In this document: positions 1-13,100 of the stretch, one piece after another
Layout: the number at the start of each line of letters is the position of its first letter
How positions within the stretch are numbered: the stretch's first letter is position 1
Source: Ginglymostoma cirratum
Lineage: Eukaryota
DNA: 64,000 bases
Direction of reading: 5' to 3'
Assembly (NCBI GenBank): GCA_024137785.1
Contig: JAHRHZ010000282.1
Span: 248,001-312,000 of the forward strand
Program-made: the position numbers and the translations under genes
Notes under the pieces: generated by a model
What the model was told of the DNA's origin: nothing
The model's database searches: none
The model's input: the letters and a program-made list of their open reading frames with translations, nothing else

Positions 1-301
1 ACGGGCAGCAGATATCTGTGAATCCAACGATTTGTGAGTTCCTCGCCAAGACTCACACGATTCTGACTTGGAAATAGATCGCTGCTCTTTCACTGTCACT
101 GGGTCAAAACACGTGAATTTCCTTCTTTAGGGCATGGTGGATAAGCCGACTGCAGGTTGACTGCACCAATGCATGATTCAACCCATCACGAAATTCTCAA
201 AGGAAACTAGGAATGGGTAATAAATGCTGGTCAGCCAGTGTCGCCCACAACCCAAAAATAAATAAATAATAATAAAAAAAATCAAAGTTACGCAATCCAA
301 T

Positions 302-570
302 CATAGAATCCCGACAGTGTGGAATCAGGGCATTGGGCCCATCCAGTCTACAGCGAGCCTCTAAAGTATATGCCACCCAATCCCTTTAACGCTGCATCTC
401 CGATCGCTAATTTACTTAACCAGTGGACTGTGGAGGGAACCAGAGCACCCGCAGGATATCAAAGCAGCCAAACTGAGAGTGTGCAAGCCCCCCAAAGACT
501 GTCGCCTGAGTCTGATATCGAACCTGGGTCTCTGCTGATTTGAGTCAGGAGAGTTAAGCACTCAGTCACT
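302..570 (-). mobile_element. tRNA-derived shark SINE
   Basis: Reverse complement resembles the SINE at 15144-15440; paralogous copy at 51148-51420. Confidence 0.6.
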
Positions 571-2030
571 GGGCCTTCATCTCAAGAAAGCTTCCAGAAA
601 ATTCATCATTTGGTATTATCCCAAATATAAATTGTTAATTTCCTGACATCGCTAATTTCCTAGCGATCCCGCCAGAGAACAGTGTCATCACACTCACAGA
701 AAATGTAAACTTGTCATCTTGTAGACTCTTTGAGTCATTCTCACGGCTTGTCTTCTCATTAATTTTTTGAGACATCTGTATATCTGGTAATAGTAAAAAA
801 GATTCAATCAGGATTTGGATCGTGCATTCCTGCTGTTTCACCAATCCCGTTCAGATGAAGGAGACCGAACCACAATGTGTATTTTTTAAAAGCCCATTGT
901 TCTTATATCGGCGGGGCAGACAATGCTGGCACCCATCTCTAATAGTCAGTGACCATGTGGCGGTGTGGTCTCGATTTGACACATTGCAGTGCATCTGATA
1001 TAGATACAGGAGTTGCATTTACATTGACAACAAGTAAAGTAAATCAAATCTGGTTACAACGGATCTTACGAGTAAATGCAGCAAAAGCAACATTCGATTC
1101 TATGGCTTCATTCATTGGAAATTTGCTTGTTTTATTTATTTATTTGGTTACTTTTCTCATTATTGTATACAATCTCTCAGACCCACTGGCCCTCTGCATC
1201 AGCTGCAGGGAGATGTCAAAGTCCGCGAGCACCTTTTAGGTGGGGAACCACAGTTCTGACACTCGAACCAGATGAACTAACTCCCTTCTCTAGTTTTGCT
1301 GACAGAAATAATAACTATTATAGGATGACATTCGATTTAATGTCTGTCCAAAATCCTGCTTGCTCGTGAACAAATTTATTTTGTTCCGGAAATAACTGCA
1401 CAGAGGTCGATATGCCGTCACCAAGTCACCCTTCGTTTACATGTGTACACTACACTGGCTGTGGCCAGGCCGCTCGAGTCAATCCCTGAAGTAATGAGAT
1501 TCAGCATCGCCTGTTTTAACCTATCGCCCAGGGCTCCCTGACTGGCAGAAGTTAACAACTCCAATCAAGGATCTCATGGTCAATGAGATCCACCTGTCTC
1601 CAAACGCTACAGTTCCCTGAACAAAAATAACAAAGAACTGCGGTTGCTGAAAATCTGAAACAAAAACAGAAACAGCTGGAGAAACTCAGCAGGTCTGGCA
1701 GCAACTGTGAAGAGAAAGCTGAGTTAACATTTTGGGCCCAGCAACGCTTCTTCAGAACTTTGTTCCTTTCTTACAACTGAGCTCCTCGGATGCTATCTGA
1801 CCTGTTGTGTTCCCCCAGCTCCACATGATGTTGTCAAAGGACCTTGAAACTGCTTTGTTCGATTGAAAAGCAATGGATCGTGAAACTCATTGGCTGTCAC
1901 CTGATGTGTTTGCAAACAATGAACCAATGAGTCGAGATCCTGAAATGACTCAACCTCTTTGCAACTCTTGCCGAAAACCATCTGATCTTCGGCCAGTTTT
2001 GCTCACTTGCACCGTGATCTCTCTGCAAAC

Positions 2031-2837
2031 ATGTCATCTGGAGATGTGTGTTTTCTGCTCACAGCTGCATCTCTTGTAACCAGTAGGTTGAAAAATTATC
2101 TATTTCCGTGCTCAGTTCTTTACCGGGAATTACATTTATTCGAGCAGTTCGTGCAACATGGAGGCAACAACATATTCTCCCCAAATGGACAACACTTGTA
2201 TCAAAACATGTCCCCAACAATGAGCAGATTTTGGTAGAAATTAGCGTCTGTACTTGACTGAATGACAGTGGAAGAGTTAAACTGGAAATCCAGACAGGAC
2301 TGAGGCCATCGAGATGATTCCACAGAGGGAGAGTTTAAATCGAAAAGCAGTTTTCAGTTTTCCATTCAAGTTTCAAGGAAAGAAATGGGAAATTACTTCC
2401 CCGTGCGAAATGGATTCTAATTCAGCTTCCCTGATTTATTTCTTATGTTATTGATCAAGGTAAGTGGACTATTTCTGGGCAAAAGAACATTGAAGTGCTT
2501 TGTTTAATTTTCTATAAATCCTGGTTCTTACAGGACTTTGTCGTGGTGATTCTGTCTCACAAACAGCGGCTGCAATTTCATGAAATGAGGGGGATGATGT
2601 CCAGTTATTCTGTAATTGCTCTACAATCAGCAACAATCCTGACCTGTTATGGTATCGTCAACATACCAGCAGCTCCATACATTTTGTGCTCCTCAAAAAC
2701 CAATATAGCGAGACACCAGCGAGTTTTCTCCGGGACCGACTTTCCTCGGATTTTGATCACGTGATCTGCACTATCTCGCTGAGACTGTTGAAAACAGAAC
2801 TGTCAGACTCCGCTGTGTATTACTGTGCATTGAGCCC
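2031..2837 (+). pseudogene. TRAV: TCR alpha/delta V segment pseudogene (leader 2031-2082, V exon 2534-2837)
   Basis: Leader MSSGDVCFLLTAASLVT then a GTAGGT donor. After the CAG acceptor the exon reads DSVSQTAAAIS*NEGDDVQLFCN...LLWYRQH...DSAVYYCALSP, with an in-frame TGA at 2581-2583. Paralog of the intact V at 53467. Confidence 0.9.
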
Positions 2838-2876
2838 CACAGAGACTTTGACCGGGGCTGACGCTGCGCAAAATGT
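2838..2876 (+). other. 23-spacer recombination signal sequence (degenerate)
   Basis: CACAGAG + 23 nt + GCAAAATGT directly after YYCALSP. Confidence 0.8.
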
Positions 2877-4019
2877 CTCAGGGCACCACTGAGCACCACA
2901 CTCCGTCAGACAAACAGTGAGATAGGAACGGATCTGAAGTGGTTCCCGAATTGATGGTGATATTTCAGACTTCTCAATCGGACACACAACTTTAATCATT
3001 ACAAAGCTGTTATTGAAATGAAATAATGCCGCCAGTTTCGTCAACTTAAAACAAATAATTTACGTTGTGTCTTTCATGATGTTCCAAAATATCACTCTTA
3101 CAGCGATCAAGCACTACCAAAAATTCAGCAACTGGTTCTGATCCAGCAAAATCCTCCAGTTAAACACCGAACTGGTTTTGAGTGACAATGACCTTGCACA
3201 GGATTCTAATAATGAAACGCTGGAGCAAACTGAATAATATGAAACACGCCCTGGTTTATTGCGAGTCTCCCTTCACATTAAAGTTCTAGATTGAGAAGTG
3301 AAAAATACACAGGTCCAGGATATTGCAGACTTGCTCTAAAATATCAGGAAGGAAGTGGTATGCAACTTATATCGGAACAACACTAATCAATTAAAAGCAT
3401 TTTATAGCGGCTGATTAATGAAAGGGCCGCCAGTGAAAGTCTCAGTCACTTGAGTCTTTTGCTGTTTGGCTGGACAGAAATGAACATTTTTCATTCTCTG
3501 TGTAAATTTGTTCATTCTTTGCTAGCAATTCAGATCTGAACATTTCAGTTGTGCAACCACCAGCGGGTTCCACTTATCTCTCTGGCGACATTTGAGACAA
3601 ACCGAGTCCTGTTTTGATAGTGAGTCACAAAAGAGACATTCCTGACTTTGGGTGATCGAATGCAGTGAAATTTGTTTCTGCACATAAGAGATGCACATAA
3701 CAGGATGCACGTGGGACGTCACATCCCTCAGGAGATCGTGCATTCTGCACCGTAAAAATGCCACTTTCAATGTAAAACTTGTGAAAGCTGTTGATCTGAT
3801 CACACATGACAGGTGACATGTTGAGAAGTGAACAATCGCGGAAGTTTATGATAGGCACCTTCTCAGGTAGCTTCTCGGGGTGTTCAGTATTTGTCTCAGT
3901 GCACCATTGTACAGTGATGCATTGCAGTTTCTGACCGTTCACTTCTAGCATCACCAATAATGTCATCACTTCTTGTTGATTAAGCAGATATTTCGGCAGT
4001 GACAGTCGATTATATAACA

Positions 4020-4500
4020 GTGAAGCACAGTAACAGTCCTTTCGGCCCACCTTGTCTCTGCTGTCTCTGTTGCCTTTCTAAACTATTCCTATCTACTTAC
4101 CCATGGTCTGTATCTCTTATTCCTTGCCGATTCATGTAAAAGCAAAACACCACTTAAACATTACTATTGTATCTGCTTCTAGCCCCTTCTCTGCTCGCAC
4201 CAACCAGCCTCTGTGTGAAAAAAATGTGACTCGCACATTTCCTTTGAACTTTTCTCCTCTCACCTTAGACCTAAGCCCCTTAGTATTTGACATTTTCTGC
4301 CGGGGAAAACTTTTCTGACCATCTCCCTAATCATGCTTGTCATAATGTTATATACTTCTATCAGGTCGTCTCTCACTTTTGACGCTAATTCAAAAGTAAT
4401 GCAGGTCTATGCAGCCTCTCCTTACAGCTGATACACTCCGACCAACTTAACATCGTGGTAAATCTCTTTTGAACCCTTTCCTATTGTGTGTCGACCAGTA
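4020..4500 (-). mobile_element. CR1-type LINE 3' fragment
   Basis: Similar to the 3' end of the CR1 at 45313-45800; paralog at ~54935-55435. Confidence 0.6.
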
Positions 4501-5221
4501 CTGTACAGTCAGTGGTGGTGCCACTGACAGCACGTAGAATGCAATTTTCGTGTTTAACCTCTCACTGTATTAGTGTCATGCTACGCCATCAATTGCAAAA
4601 ATCAATGATCCCCTTTTATATTCCCACCTTTCTCCTGGATTCCATCCAAAGGTTTATTTCACAGACTAGTCATCCTCAGTGTGACAAAAGGAATTATCTC
4701 ACAGCATCGAACCAGATTCGGAAAACTGACAATTCATCGTAATAATGTTGCAGTTAAAAAAATGTGCTTTTCTTTCATTTTTAAAATAAGGCTGCATTTT
4801 TTCTGCGGCTGTTCCTTCGTACATCATTCTCTTCAATATATTTCCTGAACACTGTTGTGACTCTGGAACACCAGAGAGATCGTTGTGTCCATTTGAACTC
4901 GGATGTTGAGGACATAGTGATATTACACGTGCTCCTGTCACAAGACAGTATCAAGCTATCTTCCATTCCAAACACGACAACAACTTATTTATTTTCGATT
5001 CTGCCCTTTGGACGTTGCCCAGTGGTGATGAATATGTTTTTCACAGCTGCACTGTGGTTAGCTATGCAAGAGACTTTCTCGCCACTTCACTTAAACTTCA
5101 TACGTTGAAGTTTTTTGGAAATCTGAGCAGTTATAAAGATCACCACATAACAATCACTCAGAAAATCTAAACGCACATGGTTAACGGCTGCAGCAGGTAT
5201 GGCTGTATTACAACAGAGCAT

Positions 5222-6770
5222 GTAAAACAGACAAAGGTGGAGAAATCCTCGAGACTGGATGAGGTATACACTGGAACTCTATAGGAAACTGGAGACGGGA
5301 TTGCTGGGCCCTTTGCTGAGATATTTGTGTAATCATTAGTCATGGGTGAGATGCCGGAAGACTGGGAGTTGGCTAACCTGGTGTCATTAATTAGGAAAGA
5401 TGGTAAGGAAAAGCCAGGGTACTATCGACCGATGAGCCTAACATCAGTGGTGCGCAAGTGTTTGGAGGGGGAGTCTGAGGGACAGAATTTATTTGGAAAG
5501 GAAAGCATTGATTGGGGACAGTCAACATGGCTTTGATGTTGGGAAATCGTGTCTGACTAACTTGATTCAGTATTTTGAAGAAGCAAGGAAGATGATTGTT
5601 GAAGGCAATGCGGTGAACACTGTTTATATGGCCTTCAGTAAATCGCTGGACAAGGTTGCTTATGGTTGATTGTTTAACAAGGTTAACCAGGAAGAACCAC
5701 CCTTTTGGATACAAAATTGGCGAGAAGGGTGGAATGGTGGAGGGTTGCTTTTCGGAATGGAGTCTTGTGACCAGTACTGTGCTACAAGGATCTATGCTGG
5801 GTCCACCACTTTTTGTCATTTATATAAATGGTTTGAATGAGAATATAGGAGGATTGGTTAGCAAGTCTGAGATAAAATCAAAATTGGTGATGTAATGGGC
5901 AGTGGGCAAGTTTATCTCATATTACAATGGAACCTTACTCAAATGGGCCAATAGGCCGAGTCGTGGAGTGTGCACTTTAATTTTGATAAATGTGAAATGT
6001 TTCATTTTGTTAAGGCCAAAAAGTCTGGGCTTATGCCCTGAAGCGCTTGGGTCCTGGTGATTCATGCTGAACAAAGGAACCTTGGGATGCAGGATCCAAA
6101 GTTACTTGAAGGAGGAGTTGCAAGTTGACAGGGTCGTGAAGAATGCATTTGGCATGCTTGCTTTAATAGGTCAGGAGGGTTGTAGTTGAGAGATCATGGT
6201 GTGGGTGTACAGGACATTGTCGAGGCCACTTTTCGAATATTGCTTTCAATTCTGATCTCTCTGCGGCAGTAAAGATCTTTTTAATCGTTGAAGTGTTCAG
6301 AAAAGTTGACAAAGATGTTGCTGGGATTAGAGGATTTGAACAAGAGGGAGAGGCTGAACAGGTTGGCACTATTTTCTCTGGAACATCAAAGGCTGAGAGG
6401 GTACCTTGCAGACGTTTATAAAATCATTTAGGGCATGGATAGGGTGAACAGCCAAAGTCTTTTCCCAGGATATGGGTGTCATAATCAGAAGGAATGGGGT
6501 TAAAGTGTGTGGGAAAGAGTTGACAGTCACCCAAGGAGCACATTTTTCAGACAGATGGTGGGTAAATTATGAATGAGCTGCCAGAGGAAGCAGTGGAGGC
6601 TGGTACAATTACATTAAAAAGTCATCTAGATGCAGACATGAATAGGAAGGGTTTAGAGGGATGTGTGCAAAATACTGCTAAATGGCACTACATTAATTTT
6701 GGATATCTGGTCTGCTTCGACAATGTGGAGTGAAGGGTCTGTTTCCATGCTGTAAATCCCTCTGAACCTA
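5222..6770 (+). mobile_element. CR1-type LINE, 5'-truncated (RT C-terminal part), degenerate
   Basis: Remnant ORF2 motifs (MPEDWELAN, PGYYRPMSLTSVV, QGSMLGPPLFVIYIN) with frameshifts. Absent from duplicate copy B at ~56145. Confidence 0.88.
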
Positions 6771-9388
6771 TGTTCATCTCTGACCCACTCACTCATGTTA
6801 TTGGCTGAACAAGTCATTTGTATTTGAACTAGCTTATTGTTATTCAGCTCTCTCACTGTTACTTCCTTGCATTGGCCTCATTGGGAAAAGCTGATTTTGT
6901 TGCTTTATTAACAGCCACAATTTGGATATTGCAATCCCTTTATCTTGGGATTTGCAAAGCACTGTGCATCCCTTCTTCCTTCTTTCCCCAATATGGTAGG
7001 AATAAGTAGAGGGAGTGGGTTGTTTGAGAAACATTAGAATAATGGTGCGGACACATCTGGTGGATGGCTCGTTTTTACCGTTTGCGTCATTGTATCATTA
7101 TAGACCAAATATATTAAGATCTGTTTTTGGTCATGCCTGCATCGAAGGGCAATGCCTGTGGTATCCTTGCAGACGTTGGTATCGTACCGGCTATACTTCA
7201 CATCAGCCCTTCACTTGAAAACTGTCTGCAGAGTGCACGAAAAGCTGCCCAGATGGGCATTGAGTTTGTAAAATGGACTGGAGACACGTAGACATCAAAC
7301 ATGAAGTCTCTTGGTGCAGCGGAAGGCACATTACCTGTTGCAATAAGGAGAATGCAGGGTATTAGTTCGCATCCTGCGAGTTGTGCCCTTGTGAACAGAG
7401 ACTTGAGATGGAATGGCAAAATTGACAAACTGAAGAATCAGCATAGGTAATTGCTCTCACTGCTTAACTTCAATGGTTCGCTTTCAAAAGTGGGGAAATC
7501 TACAGAAAAATACTGACCTTCGGAAATTTTCTGCTTTCTTCTCCACACCAAAAGACACTCGTTGAAATTTGTATATGGAAGAAGATTATTGTAAACCAAT
7601 AGGACCTTCCTATCCTACCTACTGATTCAAAACATTTTTTTTCCCTTTGTTCATTCAGGGCATGAGGGCATTGCTGGCTCGGCAGCATTTATTGCACATC
7701 CCTGATTGCCCATCGGGCTGTTAAAAGTTAAACACGTTTCTGTTGTTCTGGAGTAACATGTAAGCCAGACCAGATAAGGATGGCAGTTTCCTTCCCTAAA
7801 GGTCATCTGTAATCCTGATGTGTTTTTCCCTGACAAACTGCAATGGATTCAGAATCATCATCAGATGCTTAATTCCAGATATTTGACTGAATTCAAGTTC
7901 CACCATCTGCCATGGTGGGATTTAAAGCCAGGTTCCCAGTCCTTTACCTGGGCCTCTGGATTTACAGTCCAGCGATAACACCACTACGCCATTGTCTCCC
8001 CCATCGTTACTAATGAATGATTTTCTTTCCACTACTCATTACACAGATCCAGCACCTTTATCGTCCTGTATGTATATACACTTACCGGGCACCTTCTGAA
8101 ATCCTTTCTTACTTTTCCTCCCTAAAAGTAACTTGGCCATGTATTACAGATCTTAACAACTCGCTGCATACAAGTTCACATTCTCACGCCGAGTGTACAA
8201 TTTGGTTGCAATCAATCCCCCCAAAACATCGATCGAAGCGGAGAAAACTCTTTTCCCGCTGAGTTAAGGTAATGAAGGGGGCTCTCGGTAATGTCTTCTC
8301 GTTAAAGTTAGGCAGTACTGTCCTCGTAATTGAATGTGAAAAATACATTAAAAATGTTCAAATACAGTTATTTTCTAATGGTCTTCATATTTGGCCACTG
8401 TTATAACTGCCTTCAGTTTGAAAAGACCTGATCGACAAAATGGTGGGATGCGTTTTGGATGCTGAAACCATTTTTGTTTGTGTTTTTCAGTTTTAGGAGT
8501 GTTCTGTGCTGTGCGCCAGATGCAACAGAGAAATGATTAAAATCGTGCACTTCGTCAAATCATAGAATTTTACAAACAAAAACTAATGGATTTTGTCGAT
8601 GTCCGTTTTTTGTTCAGAATCATATTGTTCAATTTTCCGTCAGAATGATTGTTAAATGTGTTTCCAATTATCAACTGTACCATAACAATAAAACAAGGAA
8701 CTACAAATGCTGCAGGTTTGAAAACAAAACACAAATTGCTTGCGAAACTCGACAGGTTCTGCAGAAGCTGCAAGGACAAAAGAGAATTAACTTATCAAGT
8801 CCGTTGACTTTTCACCAGAACTGTCGGCCCAGTTGACTATCTGTGAGAAATTGAAGTCAGCCTTACCGTCCCATTTTCAAACTTTACGAATATTGGAACC
8901 TCCATGACTCCAATCTCTACTTGAGTATAAACAATAAGCAGCAGACTTGTCAGAGACGTTCAATTCCCAAGAATACATGGCACATTTTAAAGTTATTTTT
9001 AAGTATTTATACATGTAATTTAATGATTTAGTGTCAGTGAAAACAAATAAATAACAATGTAGATGTGTGCAGCAGTTGCAATAGAGAAGGGATAATTTCC
9101 CCTCAGGATAATATAGCCTTCATTGAAGAATGAACAGCAGACTGAAACATTTCTGTGACCGGAGATCGATGCACCTAATTTATCCGAACCAACCACTAGA
9201 AGGTGTACTTACCCCATCAGGAACATTTCGAGAGTGAGAGGAGAGAAATGACAACCAGAAACTGGCAAATGTATTTAACAGTGTAATGTAGAAGCAAAAT
9301 ATCCTTTCTGTTTGCCTTGAATAATATTGATCACCTCAATATATAACCTTGTTTTTTTTATGGTAGAGGGAAGGTGGAGCACGAACTC

Positions 9389-9407
9389 TGTGTGTGTGCG
9401 TGTGCGT

Positions 9408-9450
<43 letters not shown>

Positions 9451-9455
9451 TGTGT
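9389..9455. repeat. (GT)n/(GTGCGT)n microsatellite
   Basis: Directly visible. The paralogous position in copy B coincides with the N-gap at 59090-59457. Confidence 0.95.
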
Positions 9456-10015
9456 GGGATGGGGGTCGATGGCAGCAAGAAGGTGTCTGGAACTGCTGGT
9501 ACTATGAAAGACTTAAACTAAATCTGAGCTTTATCCAACTGTGGCATAGATTGCACGATTCGGACATAAAATAAAAACTTCCAAGGTCATTGTTGATGAC
9601 ATAATGGGCTTTTCATCAGGACCGTATCAAAGTGAAGGACAACGTGAGAGATTTCGATAAATAGATGCGATCGTCCTGAGACATGGATGAGGGAGACGGA
9701 ACAGGAAGTGACAGAAGAATGGCTGCTCAGAGGGAAGGACAGAAAGAACTGAATATCAAATGAAAAGTCCTTGAACATTGGAAATTTATAATACTGATCA
9801 CGAACGCAGACCGTTTAGCATCTCATCCTGAAATACACAACTTATTGTAATTTTACATTCCGTTAGTTTTAGCAGCAATGGGTGTCAAGAATAGAAATTG
9901 TACTGTTCATTTCTCCAGTGGAAAAGCATAAACGCATAAATATTATTCAATTTTGAGAGAGAGAGAGAGCGTTGCAAGCTGATCCATCCTGATGGAAGAA
10001 AAACAACATGACAAA

Positions 10016-11457
10016 ATCATTTGCACCCACTGAGAGTTGTGAAGGGAGACAACAGAACCCTTTTCAGCTCGTCTCGAACTTGTTCTGGGATATTGCATAA
10101 ATGAAGACGTTGTTGCACGAACTGAGTATCTGCAGCATGTTTGTCGTCTCTTGGAGAATGAATTGTGGGTCAGTGAAATCCAAGCCACTGAAGGATGTCT
10201 CACCAGTAACCCACACATCGAGGAATCGCCCGACATAGGTGACCCATAGAAGGAGGAAGCTCAGCGAGATAGTGAAGAGCAGGATAATGGACCTCTTGCA
10301 GTTGGCCATCTCTGGGTCTGCTTGGCTCGTCCTGCCCCGGAGCATCCCTCGAGCACTGCTGGCCACTAAGATGTATTTGACAGTCAAGACGTTGAGCAGC
10401 AAAATAAGGAGGAATGGGAGAACAAGCATCAAGATGTGATTCAGCCAGTCATAGGATTTCCATGCAAGTGAATTATAGTATGTGTCTCTGAAGTCACAGA
10501 ACCAGGACACCCCGTCCACGATGTACAAGGGCTAGTAGACGAAGTAGGAAGGTAGGTTCTTGACGCAGCTCAGGACACAAACCACAATAAGACCGTTTTC
10601 TCTGTGTAGTATCTGGTCTTCAGACTCTGGGAGCAGATGGCGACAAATCGGTGAATGGTGAAGGCCACTGTGAGCCAGATTGAACCATCTCGGCTGGCAT
10701 AGATCATCACAGTGCTGAATGCACAGGCATTTGTCGTGGACAGGGCACTGTGCCGGAAGTAAATGCCACCAATCCGATTTAGGATGCACCCAGTGATGAT
10801 AACCAGAAAATCGCTCAGTGCTATCCCCACCAAATAATAAATTGTACATCGAGAGAGTCCACACCGTCCTCGTAATAGTACAACGATCGCCAGCAATTTG
10901 GCTGTGAGAAATTGCAAACTATTATTGAGCTGGCTTGAGTAATCATTACATACAGTTTTAAGCTTTAGCGTAATTACAGATCTGCAATAATTTTCTTTGA
11001 AATACTCTAGATATCTGTGCATGAAACTGTCGAACACAATGATAGCTGATTATTCCATATAACCCCAAAAACTTTAGATTGTAGTTTCCAGCATTGCAAC
11101 AGAATTTAATCTTCAGCAGCATATCTGATCAATATTCAGTCAATGCTATCCATTACAATCCACAAATCAATAATGTGACAAACAATTGTTACGTAAATTC
11201 TCAGTGGGATATAATCTTGCTGCATCTTAAAAATGTGAAGTACAACTCAACATTCCCTGTATGTATATCGTGATCTGTGCTGAGGTCCCTTCAGCTGGGA
11301 ATATGAAAAAATTCAAAAGGTGTTCCTAAAATGGAACAGAAAGATTTTGTTGCACTGAAAAACAAATATTTGGAACCTGTTACTTACCAGGGACACCAAT
11401 AACTGCAAGAGCTGGATAATAAATGGCATAGAACGGGCCATTTGCTGGGCCATGCAT
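10016..11457 (-). pseudogene. GPR139-like rhodopsin-family GPCR pseudogene (exon 1 11388-11457, exon 2 10016-10901)
   Basis: Exon 1 MHGPANGPFYAIYYPALAVIGVP with a GTAAGT donor. Exon 2 is nearly colinear with the intact copy at 60014 but has a frameshifting deletion near 10585-10592, a TAG near 10532, a frameshift near 10075 and DRF->HRF. Confidence 0.9.
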
Positions 11458-11959
11458 CACTTGTAATGAACTAATGGAATTCTCGAAATTCCTCACGTCA
11501 GCTCTGAGTCACAGTTAAACGTCTCTCATTTATCCAACATCAGGGTCTCGAGAGGAACAATTAAATTCGTACATGTATCTGGCTTTCAGTTCAGTGAACA
11601 AACAGCGCAAATCACGGTTTCATGTCTTCTATGTAACACTGGTAAGAAGCACAATTACATACACTTTTTACCTGAACCACTATGTAGAAATTCTGAAGCT
11701 CCCTTTCATGCGTTTTGATGTCGCTACTAAACTGAGTGACGATGGCAAAATTGGAGCTGAGGCCTTATGCCTAATTTGAATGAAATCTCAGACGTTAGCT
11801 GCGACTATCCCAAGTGTTTCAAATCTTTAGCTGTCAGATTAGTTAAATATTTTCGTTCTACGGTGCTGCTGTGTTAACATTCGTCTATATTTACAATTGA
11901 ACAGTTTGAAATAATGGTTTACCAATATGGTATGATGTCTGAGGAGGAGGCAGCGCTTG

Positions 11960-13100
11960 TAAATTCTTTGGCATATGAGAACAGAATATTTCTTGTACAA
12001 AAGGTTGATACATCCCTGCACAAGATGGGCTGCATTCCACAGTCTTGAACGAGGTGGTCGGAGAGACCATCAGTGCAATGATTGTCATCGTTGGAAGCTC
12101 GAGAAATTCCCTACATTTTCCTGTAGATTAGAAAGACACCATGATTTAAGAATGGCGGGCAAAGTAGTAATTGTCTAAGACCTGTTCAGTGTCAGCAATG
12201 GGAAAAGTGTCAAATCATATAAAAATACAAGTGATAAGTCGGCAATTCGAAAATAACTACATAATTGTGCTGAGCCAATATGGAGTTATGAAAGGGAAAA
12301 CAGTTTTGCCAAACTCACTCGAATTTGTTTGAGGCAGTTATATGGAAAGCCAATAAATGTATACCAAAAAGGTTGATTCAAACTTTTGAAAGCTCTGCAT
12401 AACATCCCACAAGGAATCCAGAAAACAAAATTAGAGAATGCGAGATTGATGTTACTATATTGCCATTAATTAATACGGGGAAATCAAACAGCAGAAATAA
12501 GCTGCTTGACCTGCTGTGTTCATCCAGCCCCATGCTTGTTATCTCGGATTCTCCAGCATCTGCAGTACCTTTTATCTCTGAGCAGAAATAAATTGACTAT
12601 TTTGAGGTCGGCCAACTATTAATAGTAGGAGGGCCACAAACATCTTCATTGGGCAAAAGAGTTTGACATTCGACATCATGATTGTATGTGGGAAGCAATC
12701 ACAAGTTTTCTAATTTTATTGATGACATAAAACTGGGTGGTAATGTAATTCCCGTAAGCCACAGGGAGGCTGAAATGGGGCCGAGACAAACTACTTATAT
12801 GGGAATGAACCTGACAGATGGTACATAACATATTAATTGCGACTTTATCCACATTAGTAGTTAACACACGAGGTAGAATGTTTCTCACGTTGTGAATTCT
12901 GGGAAGCGCAGGTGTTGAAAGGGATCGGGAGCTCCTTCTTCATGACTCACTAGAAGCTCGAACTCTGGTGAAGGATGCAATTAGGTCAGCAAATGAAAAT
13001 TCGGTCTTCATTACAAGATGAATTGAATACAAGATTGACGATATCTTGCTGAAGTTGATGTAATTCAGCCTTGATGTAATTCTGGGACCTCAGCAAAAGG
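11960..13100 (+). mobile_element. Old, highly decayed CR1-like LINE fragment
   Basis: Remnant similarity to CR1 ORF2 DNA (e.g. gatgacataaaactgggtgg, approximately the FADDTKLGG motif); paralog at ~62150-63190. Confidence 0.55.

Noticed and set aside
660-1000. Possible decayed minus-strand V exon (paralog ~51520-51860)
   Set aside because: No conserved Cys/Trp/YxC or RSS shared by both copies.
2410-2465. ATG...AAG|GTAAGT as leader exon for the V at 2534
   Set aside because: Stops in all frames and the donor is not conserved in copy B; a better leader is at 2031-2082.
3625-4050. 141-aa minus-strand ORF
   Set aside because: No recognisable domain and not kept open in copy B.
7000-7430. Possible Ig constant-like exon on the minus strand
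   Set aside because: Only vague resemblance; stops, and frames disagree between the duplicated copies.
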